Source: an uncultured Clostridia bacterium (GTDB lineage Bacteria > Bacillota > Clostridia > Oscillospirales > CAG-272). Taken from it: a stretch of DNA of 64,000 bases. Positions within the stretch are counted from its first letter, which is position 1. The number at the start of each line of letters is the position of its first letter. This document shows, in pieces, positions 48,649-56,016 of this stretch. Under the pieces are notes generated by a model that searched no databases, had not been told where the DNA came from, and saw nothing but the letters and a program-made list of their open reading frames with translations. A program made the position numbers and the translations under genes. The stretch spans positions 36,911 to 100,910 of the forward strand of contig CANQPT010000002.1 of assembly GCA_947625805.1 (NCBI GenBank). Reading direction: 5' to 3'.

Positions 48649-49068
48649 CTAAAAGCCCAGCTTGATCAGCATATCTTCCATGCCCGCCGGGTCGGCGGCG
48701 GCCTCAAATTCGGCAAGAAGCGCCTGCGACCAGATCTCGGCGTGATCTCCCACGCCCAATATGATAATCTCTTTCTCGATTTTTGCATAGTCCCGCAGGC
48801 CGGTCGGCAGTATGACCCGCCCCTGGCCGTCGATCTTTGCCTCGACGGCAGAGGAATAAAGAAAACGCTTGACGTGGCGGGTCTCGGTCTTGGGAAGAGC
48901 CTCAAGGCGCGCGCAAAAATCCTCCCAGCAGGAGGCGGAATAGACCGCGATGCAGGCGTCGATGCCGCGCACCAGCACGATCGTTTGTCCCAAGGACTCC
49001 CGCAGTCTGGCAGGAACGAATATGCGGTTTTTTGCGTCAAGAGAAAAGTCGTATCTTCCCGAAATCAT
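48649..49068 (-). CDS. mraZ: Transcriptional regulator MraZ
   Basis: MISGRYDFSLDAKNRIFVPARLR... and a second DxxxR repeat (IDGQGRVILP); first gene of the dcw cluster. Confidence 0.95.
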   Translation of the reverse strand: MISGRYDFSLDAKNRIFVPARLRESLGQTIVLVRGIDACIAVYSASCWEDFCARLEALPKTETRHVKRFLYSSAVEAKIDGQGRVILPTGLRDYAKIEKEIIILGVGDHAEIWSQALLAEFEAAADPAGMEDMLIKLGF

Positions 49069-49118
49069 TTCCGAATCCTCGCCTGTATGTGCAAAAGTGC
49101 AAAACTTTGTGGAAAACT

Positions 49119-49147
49119 CCCCACTTGTATGCCACTTGGCTCCACGT
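49119..49147 (-). promoter_or_regulatory. MraZ-type operator: three GTGG repeats at 10-11 bp spacing
   Basis: Minus strand reads cGTGGagccaaGTGGcatacaaGTGGgg (CCAC at 49121, 49132, 49142 on the plus strand); TGgTATAAT lies just upstream at about 49153-49161. Confidence 0.6.
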
Positions 49148-49237
49148 ATACACCATTATATACCATACGCGGTTTTTTTTCAAGTCTTTTTGCAGGTTTG
49201 CAGGATTTTTTCGGAAAAAACGGGCTTGCAACAAGAC

Positions 49238-49270
49238 AGGGAGCGGAAATCCGACGGATTTCCGCTCCCT
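49238..49270 (-). terminator. Terminator after mnmA
   Basis: 15-bp perfect stem AGGGAGCGGAAATCC-GAC-GGATTTCCGCTCCCT; T-rich tail on the minus strand. Confidence 0.6.
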
Positions 49271-49276
49271 CTGAAT

Positions 49277-50350
49277 CTAATCAAACACTTGCGCGATCCG
49301 GCCGCCGCCGATGACCGTGTCGCCGTCGTAGAGCACGACGGCCTGTCCGGGGCAGGCGGCGCGGGCGGGGGTGTCGAAGGAAATCTCGGCCCCGGCGTCC
49401 GACAGGGCGCGCACTTGTGCCCCATAGACCTTGCCCTGATAGCGGACGACCGCCTGAGCGCGCATCCCGCCCGTGGGCGGAGGGCAGGCGATCCAGTTGA
49501 AGTCGCGGGCGATCAGGCGGGAGGCGCCCGCAGACGGGTCCTCGCTCAGCACCACCTGCCCGGTTTCGGGAAGAATGCGCTTGACGTACATACGCCGACC
49601 CAGCGCGACCCCCAGCCCCTTGCGCTGACCTACCGTATAGCGGACAATGCCCGCATGCCGTCCCAGCACCCGACCCTGCTCGTCCACAAAATCCCCGGGC
49701 GGGAAGACCTTTCCTGTGTACTCTTGCAAAAAGGCGGCGTAGTCCCCGTCCGGCACAAAGCATATGTCCTCGCTGTCCGGCTTGTCCGCGTTGAAAAACC
49801 CGTGCTTTGCGGCATAGGCGCGCACGGCGGCCTTGTCCGCAAACGCACCCAGCGGAAAGCGGGTACGGGACAGTTGCTCCTGGGACAAAAACGCCAGCAC
49901 GTAACTTTGATCCTTTTCCGCACAGCGCCCTCGCTTGAGAAGCCATCTTCCGCTTGCGCCGTCGTATTCCACGCGGGCGTAATGGCCGGTCGCGACGGCG
50001 TCACAGCCCAGCTGTTCCGCCCGCTCGTACAGGCGGGCGAATTTGAGATATCGGTTGCAGTCGATGCAGGGATTGGGGGTTTGCCCCTGCTCGTAAGCGC
50101 GCACAAAGCGCTTAATGACGCATTCCTCAAATTGCTCGGAAAAATCGAACACATAATAGCGCATTCCAAGGCAGGCCGCAACCGCCCGGGCGTCCTCTGC
50201 GTCGGAAAGGGAACAGCACGCGCCCTGCCGCTCGGCGTGCAGTAAGCGCATGGTAGCGCCGATGCAGGTGTGGCCTGCGTCGGTCAGCAGGGCGGCGGCG
50301 GCCGAACTGTCCACCCCGCCGCTCATGGCCACCAGAATCTTCTCGCTCAT
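49277..50350 (-). CDS. mnmA: tRNA 2-thiouridine(34) synthase
   Basis: ILVAMSGGVDSSAAA PP-loop, PNPCIDCNRYLKF. Confidence 0.95.
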   Translation of the reverse strand: MSEKILVAMSGGVDSSAAAALLTDAGHTCIGATMRLLHAERQGACCSLSDAEDARAVAACLGMRYYVFDFSEQFEECVIKRFVRAYEQGQTPNPCIDCNRYLKFARLYERAEQLGCDAVATGHYARVEYDGASGRWLLKRGRCAEKDQSYVLAFLSQEQLSRTRFPLGAFADKAAVRAYAAKHGFFNADKPDSEDICFVPDGDYAAFLQEYTGKVFPPGDFVDEQGRVLGRHAGIVRYTVGQRKGLGVALGRRMYVKRILPETGQVVLSEDPSAGASRLIARDFNWIACPPPTGGMRAQAVVRYQGKVYGAQVRALSDAGAEISFDTPARAACPGQAVVLYDGDTVIGGGRIAQVFD

Positions 50351-52467
50351 CCGTCCAACTCCAAATAAATTCTTCGGGAGGAAAGATCCACGCCGGTGAC
50401 GCGCACCCGTACCGAATCCGCCAGACGGTAGATTCTGGTACGGGATTGCAGGGTCATGTTCCTCTCGTTATAGGTAAAGAATCCGGGCAGGGTATTGACC
50501 GGCACCATTCCCTCGCACAGGTTCTCCAGTTCCACAAAAAGCCCGAAAGCGGCAAGCGAACTGATCCTGCCGCAAAAGTGCTGACCCACCCGGCTCTGCA
50601 TATACACGCATTGACAGAGCTCGTCCATGGCACGCTCCGCGGCCAGCGCCCGCCGTTCGTTCTCGCCGGAGGCGTCCGCCGCACGGGCGGCAAAGCGCGC
50701 CATACGGTCGCGCATCTGCCGGTCGGCACTTCCGGACAGCGCCGCGCAGACCATACGGTGGACGGCAAGATCGGGATAGCGCCGGATGGGCGAGGTAAAG
50801 TGGCAGTAGCGGGGGGCGGCAAGCCCGAAATGCGGCATACATTGGGGGGAATACCGCGCCTTGGTCATGGAGCGAAGCAGTACCGTGCCGATAATTCCGT
50901 CAATGCCCCGGCTCTTTGCCTGATCGAGCAGGTCCCGCAGGGCACAGGCGCGCACAGGGTTCTCGTTCAGCGCCCGGACGTCCATGCCGGTATTAAAGGC
51001 AAACACCCGCAGGGCGGCGAGTTTTTGTTCGTCCGGGGGCTCATGCACCCGATAGACGCAGGGCATATCCCGCTCGTACAACCAGCAGGCCACAGCCCGG
51101 TTGGCGCAGAGCATGAATTGCTCGATCATGCGCTCGGACACGCCCCGCTCCCGGCGGACCAGGTCGATGGGCATACTGTCCTCGTCCACGACAATCTCAG
51201 TTTCCGCCGTCTCAAAATCCATCGCCCCGCGCACGCGGCCGGCGGCGGCCAAGATCTCATAGAGCGCACGGGCGTCGGACAGCATTTGACCCACAGGCCG
51301 ATACTTGTCGGCATAGGCCGAGCGAAAACCATTCCCGAAATAATCGTTGATCTCCTCGTATACCCCGCGCACGCACGAGCGAATGACCGTGCGCGCAAGG
51401 GTGGTATCCAGAAGATTGCCCCGCTCGTCGAGGGAGATAAAGGCGGAGAGGGCATAGCGGTCCTCTCCGGCGTGCAGGGAACAGGCGCCGTCTGACAGGG
51501 CCGCCGGTAACATGGGAACCACCTGATCGGCAAAATAAACGCTTGTCCCGCGCGCAAAGGCTTCAAGATCCAGCGGGTCGCCCTCGGTCACGTAATGGGA
51601 AACGTCGGCGATGTGTACCCCCAGTTCGTACCCCTCGTCCGTGCGCACTACAGAGATCGCGTCGTCAAGATCCTTTGAATGTGCGCCGTCCACCGTGAAG
51701 ATGACGGCGTCCCGCAGGTCGAGCCGGCCGTCCGGCAGGACGGGCGCGGCCGCCCGCTCTTCCGCCAGCCGGACCACCCCCCGGTCAAAGACCGTCTTGA
51801 TGCCGTACTCGTGCAGGATGGCGGTATAGTTTGCGTCCGCCGAGTCGGCAGGGCCAAAAACGGTGGTGATATGCCCCAGCGCGTCGTGCTCCCCGTCCGG
51901 GTAGGCGGTAATACGCGCCTCCGCTTTCATGCCCGCACGCGCGCCCACGTCGGCGGCGTTGTCGGTATAGACCAAAAAGGAAAGCTGTTTGCGGTCGGGC
52001 TGCAGGGCAAAGCGGATGCGCCCCGAGTGGGGGGAGCGGATCTCGGTCAGCGTGCCGATCACGCTTTCCACCGCGTGCGCAAGCACGGCGCTCACCCTCC
52101 CCTCCGTGCGCCCGCCCGGTCGGTCGGAGGTCACCGTGTACCGGACCGTGTCCCCGTCGATGGCTCCGAGGGTGGCGTTGGGCGGAATAAAAATCTCCTC
52201 CGCGCCGTCCTCCCGGCCGCGCACAAAACCAAACCCCCGCGTGGAGGCCGAGAACCTGCCGCACAGGTACTCCTCGTTGTTCGCATAGACCCGCCCGTGC
52301 TTGCTGACGCGCACCTCGCCCGCCGCACACAGGGCGTGCAGGGCCCGCTGTGCGTCGGCGCGCTGCCCGTCGGCCATGCCGAGGGCGGAAAACAACCGGT
52401 CCTGTGTTACGGGGACGTAGTCTTTCCCCGTGATATATGCCATGATTTGCGCTTTGATCTCTGACAT
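50347..52467 (-). CDS. rnr: Ribonuclease R
   Basis: 706 aa; cold-shock-like N-terminus, RNB domain (DLDDAISV, HIADVSHYV), C-terminal S1 domain. Confidence 0.93.
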   Translation of the reverse strand: MSEIKAQIMAYITGKDYVPVTQDRLFSALGMADGQRADAQRALHALCAAGEVRVSKHGRVYANNEEYLCGRFSASTRGFGFVRGREDGAEEIFIPPNATLGAIDGDTVRYTVTSDRPGGRTEGRVSAVLAHAVESVIGTLTEIRSPHSGRIRFALQPDRKQLSFLVYTDNAADVGARAGMKAEARITAYPDGEHDALGHITTVFGPADSADANYTAILHEYGIKTVFDRGVVRLAEERAAAPVLPDGRLDLRDAVIFTVDGAHSKDLDDAISVVRTDEGYELGVHIADVSHYVTEGDPLDLEAFARGTSVYFADQVVPMLPAALSDGACSLHAGEDRYALSAFISLDERGNLLDTTLARTVIRSCVRGVYEEINDYFGNGFRSAYADKYRPVGQMLSDARALYEILAAAGRVRGAMDFETAETEIVVDEDSMPIDLVRRERGVSERMIEQFMLCANRAVACWLYERDMPCVYRVHEPPDEQKLAALRVFAFNTGMDVRALNENPVRACALRDLLDQAKSRGIDGIIGTVLLRSMTKARYSPQCMPHFGLAAPRYCHFTSPIRRYPDLAVHRMVCAALSGSADRQMRDRMARFAARAADASGENERRALAAERAMDELCQCVYMQSRVGQHFCGRISSLAAFGLFVELENLCEGMVPVNTLPGFFTYNERNMTLQSRTRIYRLADSVRVRVTGVDLSSRRIYLELDG

Positions 52468-52515
52468 GATACTTGCAAGAAGTCCGCCGGAAACCGGCGG
52501 ACTTTTCGGTTGTTT

Positions 52516-53043
52516 TTATTCTGCGACCTGCGTCGTGTCGCTCGCATCGGTCGCGTCGGTCGTGTCGCTCGCATCGCTTGCATCGCTTGCGTCGGTTGCG
52601 TCGGTCGTGTCGCTCGCATCGGTCGCGTCGGTCGTGTCGCTCGCGTCGGTCGTGTCGCTCGCATCGCTTGCATCGCTTGCGTCGGTTGCGTCGGTCGCGT
52701 CGCTTGCGTCAGTCGCGTCGCTTGCGTCGGTCGTGTCGCTTGCGTCGGTCGCGGCGGTATCGCCGCCCGGGGTCGAGGATGTTCCTCCCGTGCCGTCATT
52801 TCCGCCCAGCTTGCCCTGTACCATAAACAATACGATGACCAGCACGCAGAATATAATCGCCACCACGGTGGTCACTTTGGACAAAATCTTATCCAGCGTC
52901 TGTGCCTTTCCTTTTCCGAAGAAGGTTTCCGCTCCGCCCGAAATGGTGCCGGACAGACCGTAACTCTTTCCGTGTTGCATCAAGACCGCCACGACCAGAA
53001 ATACGGCCGCGACAAGAAGAATAATCCCAAATGCAAGTTCCAT
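52516..53043 (-). CDS. secG: Preprotein translocase subunit SecG with a ~100-aa C-terminal (D-A/T-S/T)n extension
   Basis: MELAFGIILLVAAVFLVVAVLMQHGKSYGLSGTISGG...TTVVAIIFCVLVIVLFMV is a normal ~75-aa SecG; it is followed by GGNDGTGGTSSTPGGDTAATDASDTTDASDATDAS.... Confidence 0.88.
   Translation of the reverse strand: MELAFGIILLVAAVFLVVAVLMQHGKSYGLSGTISGGAETFFGKGKAQTLDKILSKVTTVVAIIFCVLVIVLFMVQGKLGGNDGTGGTSSTPGGDTAATDASDTTDASDATDASDATDATDASDASDASDTTDASDTTDATDASDTTDATDASDASDASDTTDATDASDTTQVAE
52530..52760. repeat. 9-bp tandem repeat (about 25 units) with a 90-bp higher-order duplication, inside the secG 3' end
   Basis: Units (G/C)T(C/T)G(C/T)(G/A)TCG. The 47-nt block at 52561-52607 recurs exactly at 52651-52697. 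Confidence 0.9.
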
Positions 53044-53057
53044 TATAATCCTCCTAC

Positions 53058-53087
53058 ATTCCCGCCCGCGGGCGGGAATTCCTTTTT
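53058..53087. other. GC hairpin between tRNA(CAT) and secG
   Basis: ATTCCCGCC..GGCGGGAAT palindrome (53058-53079). The T-run is on the plus strand only, so it does not look like a terminator for the minus-strand tRNA-secG transcript. Confidence 0.5.
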
Positions 53088-53111
53088 GTGAAGCATACTG
53101 CTTTGACCGGT

Positions 53112-53188
53112 TGGTGGGCCATCAGGGATTCGAACCCCGGACCGACCGGTTATGAGCCGGTTGCTCTGACCAACTGAGCTAATGGCCC
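53112..53188 (-). tRNA. tRNA with CAT anticodon (elongator Met or lysidine-type Ile2; not initiator-like)
   Basis: Reverse complement GGGCCATTAGCTCAGTTGGTCAGAGCAACCGGCTCATAACCGGTCGGTCCGGGGTTCGAATCCCTGATGGCCCACCA folds as a cloverleaf; no C1:A72 mismatch and no GGG/CCC anticodon stem. Confidence 0.88.
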
Positions 53189-53230
53189 GAATGGGTCAGA
53201 AAAGACGATTTCGCCCAGTCTGACCAATAA

Positions 53231-53259
53231 ATTATAGCACAAAAGAGCCGCCTTGTCAA
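53231..53259 (-). promoter_or_regulatory. Promoter of tRNA(CAT) (and possibly secG-rnr-mnmA)
   Basis: Minus strand: TTGACA (53259-54), 17 nt, TATAAT (53236-31). Confidence 0.65.
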
Positions 53260-53328
53260 CCGGTTTTGCAATTTTCCCTTTGGGACGGCCCTCCGACCCG
53301 GCCATGGGTGAAAAATGCCCAAAATGCC

Positions 53329-53357
53329 TTGACAAATCGGAGAATTTTTTGTATAAT
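53329..53357 (+). promoter_or_regulatory. hpf promoter
   Basis: TTGACA (53329-34), 17 nt, TATAAT (53352-57). Confidence 0.65.
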
Positions 53358-53385
53358 AAAAACAGAAATATGGAAGGAGCGCAAT

Positions 53386-53922
53386 ATGAAACTTCAAATC
53401 ACAGCACGCGGTACCACCGCGCTTGACGACGCTCTGCGCCGTGCGACCGAGAAAAAACTGGGAAAACTCGAAAAGTTTTTCGGCTCCGACGCCGCCTCGG
53501 CCACCGTTACGTTCCGGGAGATCCGTTCAACAAAGATGGTTGAGATCATGATTGTTTACGGAGGAACGTATTTCCGTGCGGAGGAGAAAGACCTCTCATT
53601 CCGCAACGCCCTCGACCGCGCGGTCGAGGTGATCGAGCGGCAGATCCGCAAGAACAAGACCCGTCTGGCAAGGCGACTGCGCGGGCAGGGAGTGTCCATG
53701 CAGCTGCCCGACGACCCGCAGGAATACGAATATGACGAAGAAGGCGAATTTGAGATCCGCACCAAGTCCTTTGCGGTCAAGCCCATGTCGCCCGAGGAGG
53801 CCGTCTTGCAGATGAATCTTCTGGGACACGCCTTCTTCCTGTTCCGGGACGACCGGACCGGGCAGATCTGCGCGGTCTACAAGCGCCACGACAACACCTA
53901 CGGACTGATCATACCGGAATAA
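53386..53922 (+). CDS. hpf: Ribosome hibernation promoting factor (long form)
   Basis: ORF trimmed to ATG 53386 behind GGAAGGAG. MKLQITARGTTALDDALR... S30AE N-domain plus C-terminal dimerisation domain (KSFAVKPMSPEEAVLQMNLLGHAFFLF). Confidence 0.93.
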   Translation: MKLQITARGTTALDDALRRATEKKLGKLEKFFGSDAASATVTFREIRSTKMVEIMIVYGGTYFRAEEKDLSFRNALDRAVEVIERQIRKNKTRLARRLRGQGVSMQLPDDPQEYEYDEEGEFEIRTKSFAVKPMSPEEAVLQMNLLGHAFFLFRDDRTGQICAVYKRHDNTYGLIIPE

Positions 53923-53932
53923 CAAACAAACG

Positions 53933-53960
53933 CCCCCGGAAGCAATTCCGGGGGGTTTTT
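53933..53960 (+). terminator. Terminator after hpf
   Basis: CCCCCGGAA...TTCCGGGGG followed by T5. Confidence 0.8.
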
Positions 53961-53997
53961 GGTTGAGAGGGAGTGTCCGCGCGTTCTCTCGGGCGGC

Positions 53998-54732
53998 TTA
54001 TTTCCCGTATTGTTCGTCTGCTCTTTTGATATCTTCCGGTATCTGGTCCAGGGTTACCTCAAAGCTCGGAGAAGCATAGACGACGCTTGCGTCTTGGCCG
54101 ATCGGCGCCACGTCCGTTTCTTTTGGTTCAAACAGGCCTTCGTTTTGAAAAACCACTTCATACATTGGCTGGTTGTCGTCTGTGGTAAAAGCATCCTCGA
54201 GTTCTAACATAAATACCCCACGCTGTCCGTCGTGCAGATAAAATTCTCTTTCGTTCTCAATTACGACCTGATTTTCATCTCCGGGATATATTCCAAGTTT
54301 GTTCCATGTGCAGACAACAACCGTGTCTCCTTCTGTCAGGACGCCCCGATAGGACTTGTCGACCCGAACGACATACGGTGTGATCCATGCATTCATAAGA
54401 CCGGGGATCGAATCGTCCGGGTTTGAGTATCTTCCTTCAAGGGTTTGTATTACCTCTCCTAAAATCACGTCGTCCGACAGGTACAACTGGTATTCATAAT
54501 CGGGTGCGGCATACGAAATTTCTGCTATCACGATATCTTTAGGAATTTCTTCTGAAGAATTCGGATTGAGCGCGTCTTGTTCGGGCGTTTGCTCTGAAGA
54601 ATCCGGGTTGAGAATTTGCTCTTTGGGTGTTTCTTGTTCAGGGGCCGCTTTTTCTTCGGCTTTTTGACACCCGCAAAGACCGATCATTGCAAGCGCGAGA
54701 ACACACGCCGTAAAGATATAACGTTTTTTCAT
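53998..54732 (-). CDS. Lipoprotein of unknown function (paralogue 1)
   Basis: Signal peptide with lipobox MKKRYIFTACVLALAMIGLCGC, an acidic SEQTPEQDAL-type linker, then a conserved C-domain shared with the neighbouring gene. Confidence 0.75.
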   Translation of the reverse strand: MKKRYIFTACVLALAMIGLCGCQKAEEKAAPEQETPKEQILNPDSSEQTPEQDALNPNSSEEIPKDIVIAEISYAAPDYEYQLYLSDDVILGEVIQTLEGRYSNPDDSIPGLMNAWITPYVVRVDKSYRGVLTEGDTVVVCTWNKLGIYPGDENQVVIENEREFYLHDGQRGVFMLELEDAFTTDDNQPMYEVVFQNEGLFEPKETDVAPIGQDASVVYASPSFEVTLDQIPEDIKRADEQYGK

Positions 54733-54803
54733 GATTTGCTCCCTTCCTTAGGCAATACAGTCAGGGTATCGGGAAATACCCGCCGCGCGTTCTCTCGGGC
54801 GGC

Positions 54804-55616
54804 TTATTTTTCGTATTGTTCGTCTGCTTTTTTGATATCTTCCGGTATCTGATCCAAGGTTATTTCAAAACTCGGAGAAGCATAGACGAGCGCTCCGTCC
54901 TTTTCTTTTTGCTCAAAAAAGCCCTCGTTTTGGCAAGCGACTTCATACATTGGCTGGCCGAAGGTTGTGGAAAGAAAGTCTGAGTACACCAACTGAAATA
55001 CTCCGCGCTGTCCGTCGTGAAGATAAAATTCGTGGGAAGTATCGACTATGGTAATACTGTCGTCATCTTCGAGATACGATGCAGAGTAGTTCCATGCGCA
55101 GACAAGGACCGTGTCTCCTTCCGTCAGGGAGCCCTTATAGGACTTGTCGATGCGAACGACGTACGGGGTAATCACCTCATTGATCTCATCGGAGGGCCTG
55201 TCCGGATATAAGAGTTTTCCTTCAAGGGTCTTTTCCACTTGCCCTAAAATCACATCGTCCGACTCGTACAACTGGTATTCATAATCGGGCGCGGCATAAT
55301 CGACAATCGTTGTAATAACGTCTTTTTTAAGGAAATTTTCTACTTCGGGGGTTATTTCCGGTTCGGGGGGTGCTTCCGGTTGGGATGTTGCCTGTGAATC
55401 CGGATTAAGCGCGTCCTGCCCGGGCGTTTGCTCTAAAGAAGCCGTTTTGAGCGCGTCTTGTTCGGGTGTTTGCTCTGAAGCATTGGTTTTGAGCACTTGC
55501 GCTTGTTCGGGGTTTTCTTGTTCAGGGGCCTCTTGTTCCCCGGTTTTTTGGCACCCGCAAAGACCGATCATGGCAAGCGCGAGAACACACGCCGTAAAGA
55601 TATAAAGCTTTTTCAT
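54804..55616 (-). CDS. Lipoprotein of unknown function (paralogue 2)
   Basis: Near-identical signal peptide/lipobox (one residue differs) and C-terminal VYASPSFE(I/V)TLDQIPEDIK(K/R)ADEQY; longer repeat linker. Confidence 0.75.
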   Translation of the reverse strand: MKKLYIFTACVLALAMIGLCGCQKTGEQEAPEQENPEQAQVLKTNASEQTPEQDALKTASLEQTPGQDALNPDSQATSQPEAPPEPEITPEVENFLKKDVITTIVDYAAPDYEYQLYESDDVILGQVEKTLEGKLLYPDRPSDEINEVITPYVVRIDKSYKGSLTEGDTVLVCAWNYSASYLEDDDSITIVDTSHEFYLHDGQRGVFQLVYSDFLSTTFGQPMYEVACQNEGFFEQKEKDGALVYASPSFEITLDQIPEDIKKADEQYEK

Positions 55617-55917
55617 GATTTGTTTCCTTCCTTTCTGCGCACTATTTTTGCGCCTCTACTTTACTACTCGTAAAAAAAATTCAATTTCTTTCACAAAAAA
55701 CGAAAAATTTTTGAAATTTTTTTATTTTTTCTCCGGCGCAAAAGAAAGTGAGCGCGGAATCCGGGAGAATGCAAACCAAACGCGCAAAAATCCGTGAGAG
55801 TGCAAAGCAAAGACCGGAGCGTGCAAAGCGCGGGCAGGGTAAAATAAAAGCGCCGAGGGAAAGAGAGCACAGCCCGGGCAAAGCGCTTTCGCTTTCGGCA
55901 AACGGAGGAGAGGAGCG

Positions 55918-56016
55918 ATGGAGATGAAGGAAAACGGGCGTCGCCGCCCGCGCACGACTGCCCGGACGGGGAGTGATACTTGGCAGAGTGCGCCGGGCGC
56001 AGTGAGCGGGGCATGA
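55918..56016 (+). CDS. 32-aa Arg-rich small ORF translationally coupled to terL (hypothetical)
   Basis: Hand translation MEMKENGRRRPRTTARTGSDTWQSAPGAVSGA; strong GGAGGAGAGGAG RBS; its TGA overlaps the terL ATG (ATGA). Too short for the ORF track. Confidence 0.35.
   Translation: MEMKENGRRRPRTTARTGSDTWQSAPGAVSGA

Noticed and set aside
52430-53091. Five overlapping ORFs in several frames across 52407-53091 with RS-, VAS- or TRP-rich repeats.
   Set aside because: All are alternative readings of the 9-bp minisatellite. Only the minus-strand frame continuous with the SecG core (52516-53043) has a recognisable protein, an RBS (GGAGG) and a promoter context.
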